Positions 35,999-45,414 of a DNA stretch of 64,000 nt are shown here, piece after piece. Position 1 is the stretch's first letter. Each line of letters starts with the position of its first letter. The stretch is from a virus, in the IMG/VR virus record IMGVR_UViG_3300028394_002011. One strand, 5' to 3'. A program made the position numbers and the translations under genes. The notes beneath the pieces were generated by a model. It was not told the origin of the DNA, did no database searches, and saw nothing but the letters and a program-made list of their open reading frames with translations.

Positions 35999-36166
35999 AT
36001 GAAAATCAAATTTGATAAAAATACCATGCCCGACGAGTTGTACAATTCACTGTTACAACATTTTGTAAATGAAGCAGTTGGGTTAGGTATCGAAGTTAAT
36101 AAGTTTACACAATTCAACAATTGGGTTGTTGAATGTACAGTAGACGCAAAGGAATCGGTACATTAA
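35999..36166 (+). CDS. small hypothetical protein (55 aa)
   Basis: Read by eye (MKIKFDKNTMP...); fills the gap in the operon. Confidence 0.65.
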   Translation: MKIKFDKNTMPDELYNSLLQHFVNEAVGLGIEVNKFTQFNNWVVECTVDAKESVH

Positions 36167-36167
36167 T

Positions 36168-36608
36168 ATGAACAATGAAGATCAAGAATTTATAGATTAT
36201 GAAACATTTGCCCAACGTTTGGAGAAGTCCTATCCTAAAATGTATGAGGGCAAGTACGGCGGGTTTGCTGTAGGCAAGGGCTGGTATCCAATCATTGAAC
36301 GATTAAGTTCTAGCATCCAGCAACACATTGAATTTGCTAACAGGGAAACTGAAGTTTGCCCACAAGTTGTTGTAATGCAAGTTAAAGAAAAATTTGGCGG
36401 ACTACGATTCTACTATGAAGGCGGAGATGACTATGTTCATGGGCTAGTTAGTATGGCAGAATCTTGGGCAGATATTGCCTGCGAGGTTTGTGGCGGTATT
36501 GGTAAACGCCGTAGTGGTGGCTGGGTGCGTACATTGTGTGATGTACATGAAGCAGAGCGTAATGCTCGAATTGAAGAACAATGTAGAAAGGATGGATTAG
36601 AGTTATGA
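36168..36608 (+). CDS. conserved hypothetical phage protein
   Basis: GFAVGKGWYPII ... QVKEKFGGLRFY ... CEVCG motif. Confidence 0.85.
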   Translation: MNNEDQEFIDYETFAQRLEKSYPKMYEGKYGGFAVGKGWYPIIERLSSSIQQHIEFANRETEVCPQVVVMQVKEKFGGLRFYYEGGDDYVHGLVSMAESWADIACEVCGGIGKRRSGGWVRTLCDVHEAERNARIEEQCRKDGLEL

Positions 36609-36766
36609 TTAAACTTAAACAAATTTTATCAATTGCAATTTTAATAATGTGCGTTTTTCAAGTATTTGCCACTTGGGAAACTCCTGCAAACGCAGGCTGG
36701 CTGGTGGCCTTGATTGGCTGGATTGAAGTTACTTTTTATCAACGTAAAGAAGGATTAGTACAATGA
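36605..36766 (+). CDS. small membrane protein (53 aa)
   Basis: Read by eye; two hydrophobic segments; ATGA overlaps at both ends. Confidence 0.65.
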   Translation: MIKLKQILSIAILIMCVFQVFATWETPANAGWLVALIGWIEVTFYQRKEGLVQ

Positions 36767-37365
36767 TTACAATGAAAGAATGGATGGAATTGGTTGACTA
36801 TAAAATTACCGAAGGCAGTGAATATGGTTGGAGTTGTTACGGCCCAAACGCCTATACACTAGATTCTTGGAATGGTGTCCATGGTGCAGGCGGCTACAGT
36901 TTCAGTATTGTGTTCAGTACCAAGAGCCAAAAAGTATACGAAGTCAGTATGTGCGACTATACTAATGACCGTGCTTATCGTATGATCAATCCAAAAAATC
37001 AGGAAAAACATCGCAAGGAAGCACTAGCTCGTGATGTTAATTTGAATGAAGCGTGGGATTGCGTTGACTATGTTGATTTGGATATAGTGGATGACTTCAT
37101 CCAAAAGGCACTGGCAATTCGTGCTGGTGAGACTTATGATACACGGGTGCAGGTTCCGGTTGACTTTTCGGATGAAGAACTGTTACAATATATGAAACTA
37201 GCGCATGAGCGTGATATGACTTTTAACGAGCTTGTTGAAGAAGCATTGCGTCATGCTATTGCAGAAGTTGAAGCGGGGCGTCTCACTAAAAAAGATGCTC
37301 AAAATTTTGTTTTGGAAAGTCAAGGTACATCTTGGCCATTTGAGAAAGAAGACGATGAGGATTAA
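36763..37365 (+). CDS. conserved hypothetical phage protein
   Basis: 200 aa; C-terminal ribbon-helix-helix-like LAHERDMTFNELVEEAL. Confidence 0.8.
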   Translation: MITMKEWMELVDYKITEGSEYGWSCYGPNAYTLDSWNGVHGAGGYSFSIVFSTKSQKVYEVSMCDYTNDRAYRMINPKNQEKHRKEALARDVNLNEAWDCVDYVDLDIVDDFIQKALAIRAGETYDTRVQVPVDFSDEELLQYMKLAHERDMTFNELVEEALRHAIAEVEAGRLTKKDAQNFVLESQGTSWPFEKEDDED

Positions 37366-38209
37366 ACTTGTATCGGATCTCCATTTGGAGTTTTCCGATA
37401 TCATGATTCCAAATGATCAAAACTATGATGTTTTGATTCTTGCCGGCGACATTATGGTTGCCACGGATCTTCACGATCATCCTGAGATGGACTATAGCAT
37501 GTATTCCAATGTTAACTTGGAAGGGCTCGGACGCAGACAACAAACTGCTCAGCGATTTCGTGACTTTTTGAAGCGTTGTAGTTTCCAGTTTCCACATGTT
37601 ATATACGTTGCCGGTAACCATGAGTTCTATCACGGTAAGTGGAATCAAAGTTTAACTACACTTAGCAATGAGTGTGCCAAGTTTCCCAACGTCTACTTTC
37701 TTGAAGCAGGCTCAAAGAAAATTGATGATGTAACTTTCATTGGTGGTACATTGTGGACTGACATGAACAAAGGCGACCCGCTGACACTTCATTCAGTACG
37801 TGACATGATGAATGACTTCCGTGTTATCAAAAAGGATCTTGAAGGTTATACTAACCTCAAGCCTCACGACACAGTGGTTCGTCATCGTCATATGCTTGGC
37901 TACATTAAAACTGTAGTGGCAGAACGGCCTGATGAAAAGTTTGTTGTTGTAGGACATCACAGTCCAAGTTTCCAAAGTGTCCATGAAGGATACAAACATG
38001 AAACTTTGATGAACGGTGCTTACCACAGTGACTTGAGTGAATTCATCCTGGATCGTCCACAGATCAAACTGTGGGTACACGGACACACCCATCATCCGTT
38101 TGATTACATGATTGGTGAAACTAGAGTTGTATGTAACCCACGTGGTTACGAAAACGATGGTTACAGCGAAGATACAGGCTGGAACCCAAATATTTTATTG
38201 GAAGTGTAA
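37355..38209 (+). CDS. metallophosphoesterase
   Basis: SDLHLE, LAGDI, AGNHE, GHHSP, HGHTH; start moved to MRIKLVSD. Confidence 0.92.
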   Translation: MRIKLVSDLHLEFSDIMIPNDQNYDVLILAGDIMVATDLHDHPEMDYSMYSNVNLEGLGRRQQTAQRFRDFLKRCSFQFPHVIYVAGNHEFYHGKWNQSLTTLSNECAKFPNVYFLEAGSKKIDDVTFIGGTLWTDMNKGDPLTLHSVRDMMNDFRVIKKDLEGYTNLKPHDTVVRHRHMLGYIKTVVAERPDEKFVVVGHHSPSFQSVHEGYKHETLMNGAYHSDLSEFILDRPQIKLWVHGHTHHPFDYMIGETRVVCNPRGYENDGYSEDTGWNPNILLEV

Positions 38210-38820
38210 TGCTTACAATAACTGAAATTGTTCCATTCAAAGATGCTGTATGGATTGGAGAACTCGGAGGTGTTGATCTTGAAAAATTGTTTGCATTTGC
38301 AAACGAGATAAAACAAGATCAACCTGCTGGAGTTGCTGTATCAAATCGTGGCGGATGGCAAAGCAATTCGTTTTGGCCTCACAATGTTGACCACTACTCG
38401 AATTCAGATGAATTCCAAAAATTGCTTGGAGTATTATCTGGCTTAATTCGAGAAGGTGTGAATCATAGTTATAAAACATCGGAACTGTTTGAAATTGAGC
38501 CAGGAAACTCCTGGTTCAATTTTAATTTGAAAAACGATTATAACATATTGCACAATCATCCGGGATCAGTTTTTTCATCAGTGGTGTATTTGACAGATGA
38601 TAATAGCCCGTTGGTGTTGTCTGATGTAGGGTCTTCGAGAAACACGTCGGTGGCTGTAACCAAAACTGCCAATATATTTCAAACACAATTTAGATACACA
38701 CCAAAAAAAGGCGACTATATAATTTTTCCAGGTTGGTTCTTACATCATGTGGAACAGAACAATAGCGATAATTTGCGGGTTAGCCTTGCAACCAATTTTA
38801 AAATTCATACGGAGAATTAA
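38209..38820 (+). CDS. 2OG-Fe(II) oxygenase (TIGR02466-like)
   Basis: WFN....YNILHNHPGS.FSSV.Y ... FPGWFLHHV ... RVSLATN. Confidence 0.85.
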   Translation: MLTITEIVPFKDAVWIGELGGVDLEKLFAFANEIKQDQPAGVAVSNRGGWQSNSFWPHNVDHYSNSDEFQKLLGVLSGLIREGVNHSYKTSELFEIEPGNSWFNFNLKNDYNILHNHPGSVFSSVVYLTDDNSPLVLSDVGSSRNTSVAVTKTANIFQTQFRYTPKKGDYIIFPGWFLHHVEQNNSDNLRVSLATNFKIHTEN

Positions 38821-39000
38821 ATGACAACAGAAAACAAACAAGAAACAATCAAAGTAGCAGACATGATTAGAATCACTGCGGAAAATCAAACAATTTTTCT
38901 AACTCAAATTGCCGATCATATTGACAAGTTAGAACAATCTATAGTACAATTAACAAATAGAATATCCGATCTGGAAAGCAAAGCCGATGACCTTAAATGA
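38821..39000 (+). CDS. small coiled-coil protein (59 aa)
   Basis: Read by eye (MTTENKQE...); GGAG RBS. Confidence 0.7.
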   Translation: MTTENKQETIKVADMIRITAENQTIFLTQIADHIDKLEQSIVQLTNRISDLESKADDLK

Positions 39001-39301
39001 AAACGATTTTAAGCTATTTAAAAAATGGCTTAGGTCACATTTGAAATTTGGACCTGTTACAGTTACCTTTACCAAAAAGGACGGTACTGAACGAGTTATG
39101 AAATGCACAACCAATCCTACATATATTATGTTTAAGGAACCAGCATCGGTTGAAGCTAAAAGAGAAAAGAAAATTAACGAAGATGTAATGCCTGTATATG
39201 ACATGGAGGCTGGACATTGGAAGAGTTTTCGTTGGGACTCAATTAAATCTGTTTCATTCACATTAGGTCAAGCATATGAGCACAGTAACGAGACACAGTG
39301 A
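38987..39301 (+). CDS. WYL_2/DUF2693-like SH3 barrel protein
   Basis: VTVTFTKKDGTERVMKCT ... VYDME..WKSFR, typical of T4-like phages. Confidence 0.82.
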   Translation: MTLNENDFKLFKKWLRSHLKFGPVTVTFTKKDGTERVMKCTTNPTYIMFKEPASVEAKREKKINEDVMPVYDMEAGHWKSFRWDSIKSVSFTLGQAYEHSNETQ

Positions 39302-39515
39302 TAGATGCACAGTTAAACAGGCCGCTACTGGCAAAGAAGTAGATGGTGAAGTTATGGCGTTTAACGAAGGTCGTAACTTGACTGTGGTCATGAATAAATC
39401 AGTCAAATTGTTAATGAACTGGAATGGCCGCACATATGAAGGCCGTGCCGCTGGTATGGACTTTACCAGCGATGGTCCAACTGTTACTAAAACCAAAACA
39501 AGCACAAGAGGCTAA
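39276..39515 (+). CDS. hypothetical protein
   Basis: 79 aa in the operon. Confidence 0.7.
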   Translation: MSTVTRHSDRCTVKQAATGKEVDGEVMAFNEGRNLTVVMNKSVKLLMNWNGRTYEGRAAGMDFTSDGPTVTKTKTSTRG

Positions 39516-39516
39516 C

Positions 39517-39831
39517 ATGTCAGCTTACATGGCATACTTTGATACATTGGGTTTTGAATGGATCTTTAATGTAACCGAATACGAAAAGAAAAAGTTTTGG
39601 GCGGTGTTAAAAGGTGACGAGAAGGTTGACTTCCCTATACCCAGATATGCTATAATAAGAGCACAAGCTAACCCGCAACGTTTTCCTGAAATTTGGGCTT
39701 TCGAAAGCGAAATCAGTTTGGACGAGTTAAATGAGTATGCCAAAGATCAACCGCAGGAATTGGCAGACGCCATTAGGCGTTGTGGACAGAATGTATTTAA
39801 AACACCTAAAACCGAAAGTGTGATTGTATGA
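39517..39831 (+). CDS. hypothetical protein
   Basis: Start moved to MSAYMAYF after GAGG. Confidence 0.72.
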   Translation: MSAYMAYFDTLGFEWIFNVTEYEKKKFWAVLKGDEKVDFPIPRYAIIRAQANPQRFPEIWAFESEISLDELNEYAKDQPQELADAIRRCGQNVFKTPKTESVIV

Positions 39832-40253
39832 AAATTGGTCTAAGCTATAGCCGTTGCGTTTTGGACATTGTTGAAGGTCGTGTGGACATTGACGATGTTT
39901 TGGTTCTTATTACCCGTACGGATTTTGATCCTCGAGTCGATGAAGAGTGGATAGGTATTTGGCAAGGATACACATTGGGTGGATTGAGTAACCCTGAGTG
40001 GGCCAACTATGATTTGAATAACAAAGATCATGAAGACAAATTCCGTAGCATCAGCATCATGCTCTACGAAGATGGTAAGATGCATCAGCCACGCAAATTT
40101 GGTGCTCATCCAAGGCGCCGTCCAGAAATTTGGTTGGAAGCAGTATTACCCAACAGTGAATTGGAAAACAATCCAGCAGTTAAAATGGCTTGGGATAAAT
40201 TCCAAACTTTGGCCAGTTTGTCTGGTGTCGACTTGAATGACAAATATCAATGA
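39828..40253 (+). CDS. conserved hypothetical phage protein
   Basis: 141 aa, ATGA-coupled. Confidence 0.78.
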   Translation: MKIGLSYSRCVLDIVEGRVDIDDVLVLITRTDFDPRVDEEWIGIWQGYTLGGLSNPEWANYDLNNKDHEDKFRSISIMLYEDGKMHQPRKFGAHPRRRPEIWLEAVLPNSELENNPAVKMAWDKFQTLASLSGVDLNDKYQ

Positions 40254-40519
40254 AACTTGTTACCATTGTAGTTGCATTAATCTTAGCAGGTTGTTATCCT
40301 GCTAAGTCCTTTGCTGAAGTAAAAATTCTATCGTTAGAAGAATTGCGCAGTTACCCAGTAGATTGCAAACTAAAAGAAAAACAATTGTCTCATCTTCGTC
40401 AGTTACAAAAAATTAAAAAATTTAATTCCGATCCCGACGAATTGAATGATCTCGATAAGGCATACAACAGCAGATTGAAAGCTACTATTTGGTGGTTCTA
40501 TTTTGGATGCGAAAAATGA
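40250..40519 (+). CDS. putative lipoprotein
   Basis: Signal peptide with LAGC lipobox. Confidence 0.7.
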   Translation: MKLVTIVVALILAGCYPAKSFAEVKILSLEELRSYPVDCKLKEKQLSHLRQLQKIKKFNSDPDELNDLDKAYNSRLKATIWWFYFGCEK

Positions 40520-41082
40520 TTAAACAATCAATTTTAATATCATTGTTGCTGGTTAATCAAATTGCTCTAGCCAATTGTAATGTTAGATACGCAAGTGTGC
40601 TTAACGGACAGAACATTGTTGGTGAAGTTACTAATTTAAAACAGATCATCACTTTGGGCAAATGCACTGTTCAGTTTAAACTTAATGTAAACAATAAATG
40701 GTACAACATTGAGGAAACGCAAGCAGATCAGTGGACCAAAGAATCAGCCCTATGCCGTGATGCTATCAGATACGGCAAGGAAAAACTTTTGGCTAGCATT
40801 GGTGGAAAATTTACAACTGAAGCGATTACAGTTTGTCGTGAAGGATCTGACAAAACAGAACGTATGGCAAATGAATTCGAACCAATCAAGCTAGCAATTG
40901 GTGATACTATTTTGGAAAATGAAGCAGGTCGTAGTAAAATTGAAAATTACTTTACATACAATAACCAAACTTGTAGGATGTTTACCGAAAAATACACTAT
41001 CAAAGGCAACGTCCAAATTTACAATGGTGTTATCTGTAAAAATCGAATAGACGATAATTGGACTGTGGTAGATAGATGGTAA
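40516..41082 (+). CDS. exported hypothetical protein
   Basis: Signal-like N-terminus from MIKQSILI; several Cys. Confidence 0.72.
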   Translation: MIKQSILISLLLVNQIALANCNVRYASVLNGQNIVGEVTNLKQIITLGKCTVQFKLNVNNKWYNIEETQADQWTKESALCRDAIRYGKEKLLASIGGKFTTEAITVCREGSDKTERMANEFEPIKLAIGDTILENEAGRSKIENYFTYNNQTCRMFTEKYTIKGNVQIYNGVICKNRIDDNWTVVDRW

Positions 41083-41091
41083 CCAAATGCT

Positions 41092-41120
41092 TTGACATTT
41101 GACTACGAGTACGCTATAAT
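41092..41120 (+). promoter_or_regulatory. sigma70-type promoter
   Basis: Perfect TTGACA-17-TATAAT. Confidence 0.85.
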
Positions 41121-41155
41121 ACTAACATGTTTAACACACATAGAAAGGCAACTTT

Positions 41156-41284
41156 ATGAAGGCATTTATTTTAGGCACAGTCTTTGGACTAGTCCTAGCA
41201 ACTGTTGGATTTTCTGGCATTGCTAAGATGTTGGACAAAGGCGTAGACACAGTTAAAACACACAGTCAGGAGATGGCAAAATGA
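41156..41284 (+). CDS. small membrane protein (42 aa)
   Basis: Read by eye: MKAFILGTVFGLVLATVGFSG... Confidence 0.65.
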   Translation: MKAFILGTVFGLVLATVGFSGIAKMLDKGVDTVKTHSQEMAK

Positions 41285-41403
41285 AAATTCTTGTAGCACT
41301 AATTTTGGCTAGTACACTAGCCGCATGTTCGACAGTTTCGGGACTTGGTAAAGACATTTCGTCAACCGCCGAATGGACTAAAGATAAGATGGGTGGAAAA
41401 TAA
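41281..41403 (+). CDS. entericidin EcnA/B-like lipoprotein (40 aa)
   Basis: LAAC lipobox followed by STVSGLGKDI. Confidence 0.7.
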   Translation: MKILVALILASTLAACSTVSGLGKDISSTAEWTKDKMGGK

Positions 41404-41954
41404 TGAAAAAGATTTTTATTGTATTGCCAATCGTGGCCGCACTTACTGCATGTGGTACTACAGACGTTTATCAAAAACGTGCAGACAACGAGCGTGAGCG
41501 TTCTGAACGCTATGTTGAAAAAGCTATCGACAAAGCACCTAAATGGTTCCGTGAACCTCCTATTAGCAATAGTGCTGTTTTTGAAGCAGGCACTAGTGTT
41601 AGTGCAGATTGGAGTATGGCTGATCACAAAGCCAAGGCAGATGCTTACGGCAAGATTTGTATGGCGGCCGGTGGAACTGCAAGTCAGCAAACTAAAATCT
41701 ATCGTACAGATAGCGAAACAACCAGCACTGAGTTTAGTGAGATGGCTTTGCGTACCAATTGCAAAAGTGTCGACTTGACTGGTGTTGAAATTAAAGAAAT
41801 CAAACACATTTCAGAAGGTCCACGTTTCCGTACATACGTATTGGTAGCGTTGCCAACAGGTGATGCAAACGTATTGCGTAAGGCCAAAGAAGCCGCACGT
41901 CAGCGTGAAATTGCCGCAGGTCGTTCTACAGAGGCATTCAAGGAACTTCAGTGA
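41403..41954 (+). CDS. lipoprotein (LPP20-like)
   Basis: LTAC lipobox; KAPKWF. Confidence 0.78.
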   Translation: MKKIFIVLPIVAALTACGTTDVYQKRADNERERSERYVEKAIDKAPKWFREPPISNSAVFEAGTSVSADWSMADHKAKADAYGKICMAAGGTASQQTKIYRTDSETTSTEFSEMALRTNCKSVDLTGVEIKEIKHISEGPRFRTYVLVALPTGDANVLRKAKEAARQREIAAGRSTEAFKELQ

Positions 41955-42090
41955 TACTCGAAGTATTCCTATACGGCTTTATTACTGCTTTTGGTTGGTG
42001 GAGTGCCAATCATTACGTAATAGAGCCTTATTTTCCTCCACCAATTGAAAAAGTAGAATCAAAAAATAAAGAAAAACAAAAGGAAAATTA

Positions 42091-42681
42091 ATGCCTAATT
42101 TGGTACCAATGGTTATTGAGCAAGAAGCTCGCGGCGAACGTAGTTACGACATTTACAGTCGTCTGCTCAAAGATCGTATTGTAATGTTAGATACGGATGT
42201 GAACGAACATTCGGCAAGTTTACTAGTTGCACAGTTGCTCTTTTTGGAAAGTCAAGGCAACGAAGACATTACCATGTTCATTAATAGCCCTGGTGGAATG
42301 GTTACTGCTGGTATGGCTATTTACGATACCATGCAATTCATTAAGCCGGATGTGTCCACCGTGGTCATGGGCCAAGCCTGTAGTATGGGTAGTCTACTTG
42401 CTACTGCTGGTGCGGCTGGCAAACGTAAAATGCTTCCTAGTGCTAGACACATGATTCACCAGCCCTCGGGTGGTGCAGGCGGGCAAGCAACAGACATGGA
42501 AATCCAAGTTGAAGAGATTCTCAAAATGAAAAAGAATTTGACACAGATCTATGTTAATCATAATAGCAAGGGCAAAACTTACGAACAGTTTAGGCACGAT
42601 ATGGAACGTGATAAATTTATGAGTGCGCAAGAAGCTTTAGATTACGGTTTGATTGACGAGATCATAACAAAACGCCCATAA
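42091..42681 (+). CDS. clpP: ATP-dependent Clp protease proteolytic subunit
   Basis: [28 protein letters not shown] (Ser), MIHQP (His), ERDKFMSA (Asp). Confidence 0.97.
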   Translation: MPNLVPMVIEQEARGERSYDIYSRLLKDRIVMLDTDVNEHSASLLVAQLLFLESQGNEDITMFINSPGGMVTAGMAIYDTMQFIKPDVSTVVMGQACSMGSLLATAGAAGKRKMLPSARHMIHQPSGGAGGQATDMEIQVEEILKMKKNLTQIYVNHNSKGKTYEQFRHDMERDKFMSAQEALDYGLIDEIITKRP

Positions 42682-42712
42682 AGTGCGTACATAATGGTAC
42701 ACCCTAGTATAC

Positions 42713-42720
42713 TATAAATA
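42713..42720 (+). promoter_or_regulatory. T4-like late promoter in a hairpin loop
   Basis: TATAAATA between CCTAGTA (42703) and TACTAGG (42725); the 3' arm contains the RBS. Confidence 0.72.
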
Positions 42721-42739
42721 TACTTACTAGGAGTGTGAC

Positions 42740-43465
42740 ATGACTCAGCTACCGTTCAATTGGTCGGAACTAACACGCAGTAATCTGTACTCTATGTTCT
42801 ATTCACTTAACAGTGAAATAGTGGGCAAAGAACTGAGTCCTAGCCAAATCCAAAAACGCATTTCTAGGCATGTCAAACGGCATATACCCGTTAAGATTAA
42901 GAAATGCATATATGCACCCACTACCAAAGGTTTTGTTTTTATGGGTGGTGTGTATTATAGCGATTTGGATCGAAAAAAAGTGCCCGCTATAGAAGTTAAT
43001 TTCAACTATAATCCTGAGGATAAAAAGTTAAGATTAACCAATCATCGTTTCAAACGAATGGCTGTGAGATTCGCTGATGTGGTACTGCATGAAATCGTAC
43101 ATCAGCGCCAATTCCGTAGCCGTAATTTTAAAAATATTCCCGGATACCAAAGCACCGCAGAATATGCCAAAGAACGTAAACAGCAAGAGTACTATGGTGA
43201 CCGAGATGAAATGGGTGCTCATGCGTTTAACTGTGCTTGCGAATTGATTGATCGGTTTGGTTATGACACATTTACTATTGGACAATACTTGGATTCAAAC
43301 CAATGTCGACGCCATAAAAATTCCACATGGAATGACTATTTGAAAGCATTTGACTGGAATCACAATCATCCAATTATACGCAGGATGAGAAATTTGGTTG
43401 TGCGTAATTTGGAAAATGCACACTTCGGCAAGCCATTTAAGACCACAAATCACTTGACATACTGA
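42740..43465 (+). CDS. HExxH putative metalloprotease-like protein
   Basis: HEIVHQRQ ... DEMGAHA; paralogue of 34379. Confidence 0.68.
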   Translation: MTQLPFNWSELTRSNLYSMFYSLNSEIVGKELSPSQIQKRISRHVKRHIPVKIKKCIYAPTTKGFVFMGGVYYSDLDRKKVPAIEVNFNYNPEDKKLRLTNHRFKRMAVRFADVVLHEIVHQRQFRSRNFKNIPGYQSTAEYAKERKQQEYYGDRDEMGAHAFNCACELIDRFGYDTFTIGQYLDSNQCRRHKNSTWNDYLKAFDWNHNHPIIRRMRNLVVRNLENAHFGKPFKTTNHLTY

Positions 43466-43482
43466 TAATTACTCTGTATAAT
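43454..43482 (+). promoter_or_regulatory. sigma70-type promoter
   Basis: Perfect TTGACA-17-TATAAT upstream of the ligase. Confidence 0.85.
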
Positions 43483-43514
43483 ATAAACTTATACAGTTAA
43501 TCATCGGAGTCAAA

Positions 43515-44840
43515 ATGAGCGTTTGTGCCAGTCATATTTGGAATTTAGAAACCCATAATTCACGTTTAGATAAAGAAGGCATCATTGAAGTCATTGCACA
43601 GGAAAAGTGCGATGAATTTTTCGAAGGTTGTCGACTGGCTCTTGATCCCATGATTACTTTTGGACTCAAACAAATTCCGGAGAAAAAAGATGAGGATGGG
43701 CCTGGCTTACCTTGGAGTAGTTTTACTCTCGCTCTTACTGGTTTCGTTACTCGCAACGTCACCGGTAATACAGCACGTGACATGATTCAAGCAATGATGA
43801 AATCAGCTACCCAAAAAGAATGGAATGGCTGGTACCGTCGTATTTTGATCAAAGACTTGCGCTGTGGTGTAAGCGAAAAAACAATTAATAAAGTTGTGGA
43901 GAAGAAATATGCTGATTATGCTATTCCTGTTTTTGGTTGTCAGCTTGCTCACGATAGTGCTAACCATGAAAGCAAAGTCGCAGGGAAAAAACTTATCGAA
44001 GTTAAACTCGATGGCGTTCGTGTTATCACTATTGTACGTAGTGACGGCCGGGTGGATATGTTTAGTCGCAATGGTAAAGAGCTTGCAAACTTTCCTCACA
44101 TAACAGAACAGATCAGCAATGTGGTCAAAACACATGGCACTGACCAAAATATAGATGTTGTGTTGGACGGCGAGATCATGTCAAGCAGTTTCCAAGACTT
44201 GATGAAGCAGGTACATCGTAAGGACAACGTGGAAGCAGGCGATGCTGTTCTTAATTTGTTTGATGTAATACCACTGGCAGATTTTGAAAAAGGATTTTGG
44301 GACAAAGATCAATCCACTCGTAGTGACATGGTATATTACTGGCACAAGACTTATAAACACTTGTTGCCCAATGTCACAGTCGTTGGACATGAGTTAGTTG
44401 ATTTGGATACTGATGATGGACAAGTGCGTTATAAAGAAATTAATGCACAGGCCGTTGCCGGTGGGTACGAAGGTATTATGATTAAAGATCCTGCGGCACC
44501 TTATGAATGTAAACGTAGTGTGGCGTGGCTGAAGTTAAAGCCTTTTATTGAAGTGTCTTTGGAGGTAGTGGATGTCGAAGAAGGAACAGGAAGAAATATT
44601 GGACGCCTTGGAGCAATTGTATGCCAAGGAGTCGACGACGAAAAAACTATTCGAGTCAATGTCGGTAGTGGTTTTAGCGATAGTGATCGCGATAGTTATT
44701 GGGGTTCACGTGATTCCATACTTGGTCAGATCGTGGAAGTGCGAGCAGATGCCGTTACAAGGAACCAAGACGGAACATACAGTTTGCGCTTTCCAAGGTT
44801 CTTACGGTTCAGGGGCTTTGAAGTAGGAGAAAAACTATGA
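43515..44840 (+). CDS. ATP-dependent DNA ligase (T4 gp30-like)
   Basis: EVKLDGVR (motif I), LDGEI, YEGIMIK, WLKLK, SLRFPRF. Confidence 0.96.
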   Translation: MSVCASHIWNLETHNSRLDKEGIIEVIAQEKCDEFFEGCRLALDPMITFGLKQIPEKKDEDGPGLPWSSFTLALTGFVTRNVTGNTARDMIQAMMKSATQKEWNGWYRRILIKDLRCGVSEKTINKVVEKKYADYAIPVFGCQLAHDSANHESKVAGKKLIEVKLDGVRVITIVRSDGRVDMFSRNGKELANFPHITEQISNVVKTHGTDQNIDVVLDGEIMSSSFQDLMKQVHRKDNVEAGDAVLNLFDVIPLADFEKGFWDKDQSTRSDMVYYWHKTYKHLLPNVTVVGHELVDLDTDDGQVRYKEINAQAVAGGYEGIMIKDPAAPYECKRSVAWLKLKPFIEVSLEVVDVEEGTGRNIGRLGAIVCQGVDDEKTIRVNVGSGFSDSDRDSYWGSRDSILGQIVEVRADAVTRNQDGTYSLRFPRFLRFRGFEVGEKL

Positions 44841-45037
44841 CAGAAATCAGTAGAGTATCTGCACAAAATGCAGAAATGTATCGTCAGACAGAAATTAAAA
44901 AATTGGACAAGCGGCACGAAGAACTTCGCATTGAAGAACAACGTGTTAAATTAAACCTCAGAGCAAATGAACAAGCAAGGCTCGACATGAACCGACGGAT
45001 GAACCGTGCAGGACAAAACGTAGATAGGATGGCATAA
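44837..45037 (+). CDS. hypothetical protein
   Basis: 66 aa, charged helical, coupled. Confidence 0.7.
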   Translation: MTEISRVSAQNAEMYRQTEIKKLDKRHEELRIEEQRVKLNLRANEQARLDMNRRMNRAGQNVDRMA

Positions 45038-45402
45038 TGACAAACCCATTTAGAGATCAAGAAAAATTTATGAAGGCCTGCGATCAAACCGCAGGAGGTG
45101 AATTTGACCAAGAACAATTTAAAATGTATCTTGGCCTTATTGATGAAGAATACAAAGAACTTAGAGTTGCAGTGGACGACAATGATCAATTGGAAACACT
45201 TGACGCATTGATTGATATTTTGGTTGTCACTATCGGTGCTATCCATAGCATGGGGTCGGATGCAGAAGGTGCATGGAAAGAAGTTATGAAGACAAACTTT
45301 GCCAAAGTTGATCACGACACGGGCAAGGTTCGCAAGCGTGAAGATGGAAAAGTGTTAAAACCTGTGGGCTGGGTGCCGCCCAATCTCAAACCATTTATTT
45401 AA
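45037..45402 (+). CDS. MazG-like/PRA-PH nucleotide pyrophosphohydrolase
   Basis: LIDEEYKEL ... LDALIDIL ... REDGKVLKP. Confidence 0.88.
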   Translation: MTNPFRDQEKFMKACDQTAGGEFDQEQFKMYLGLIDEEYKELRVAVDDNDQLETLDALIDILVVTIGAIHSMGSDAEGAWKEVMKTNFAKVDHDTGKVRKREDGKVLKPVGWVPPNLKPFI

Positions 45403-45414
45403 AGGAGAAAAAAA

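Noticed and set aside
42091-42681. ClpP as the phage prohead protease
   Set aside because: The sequence is a canonical bacterial-type ClpP and is not next to portal/capsid genes; T4-like phages use a gp21-type protease
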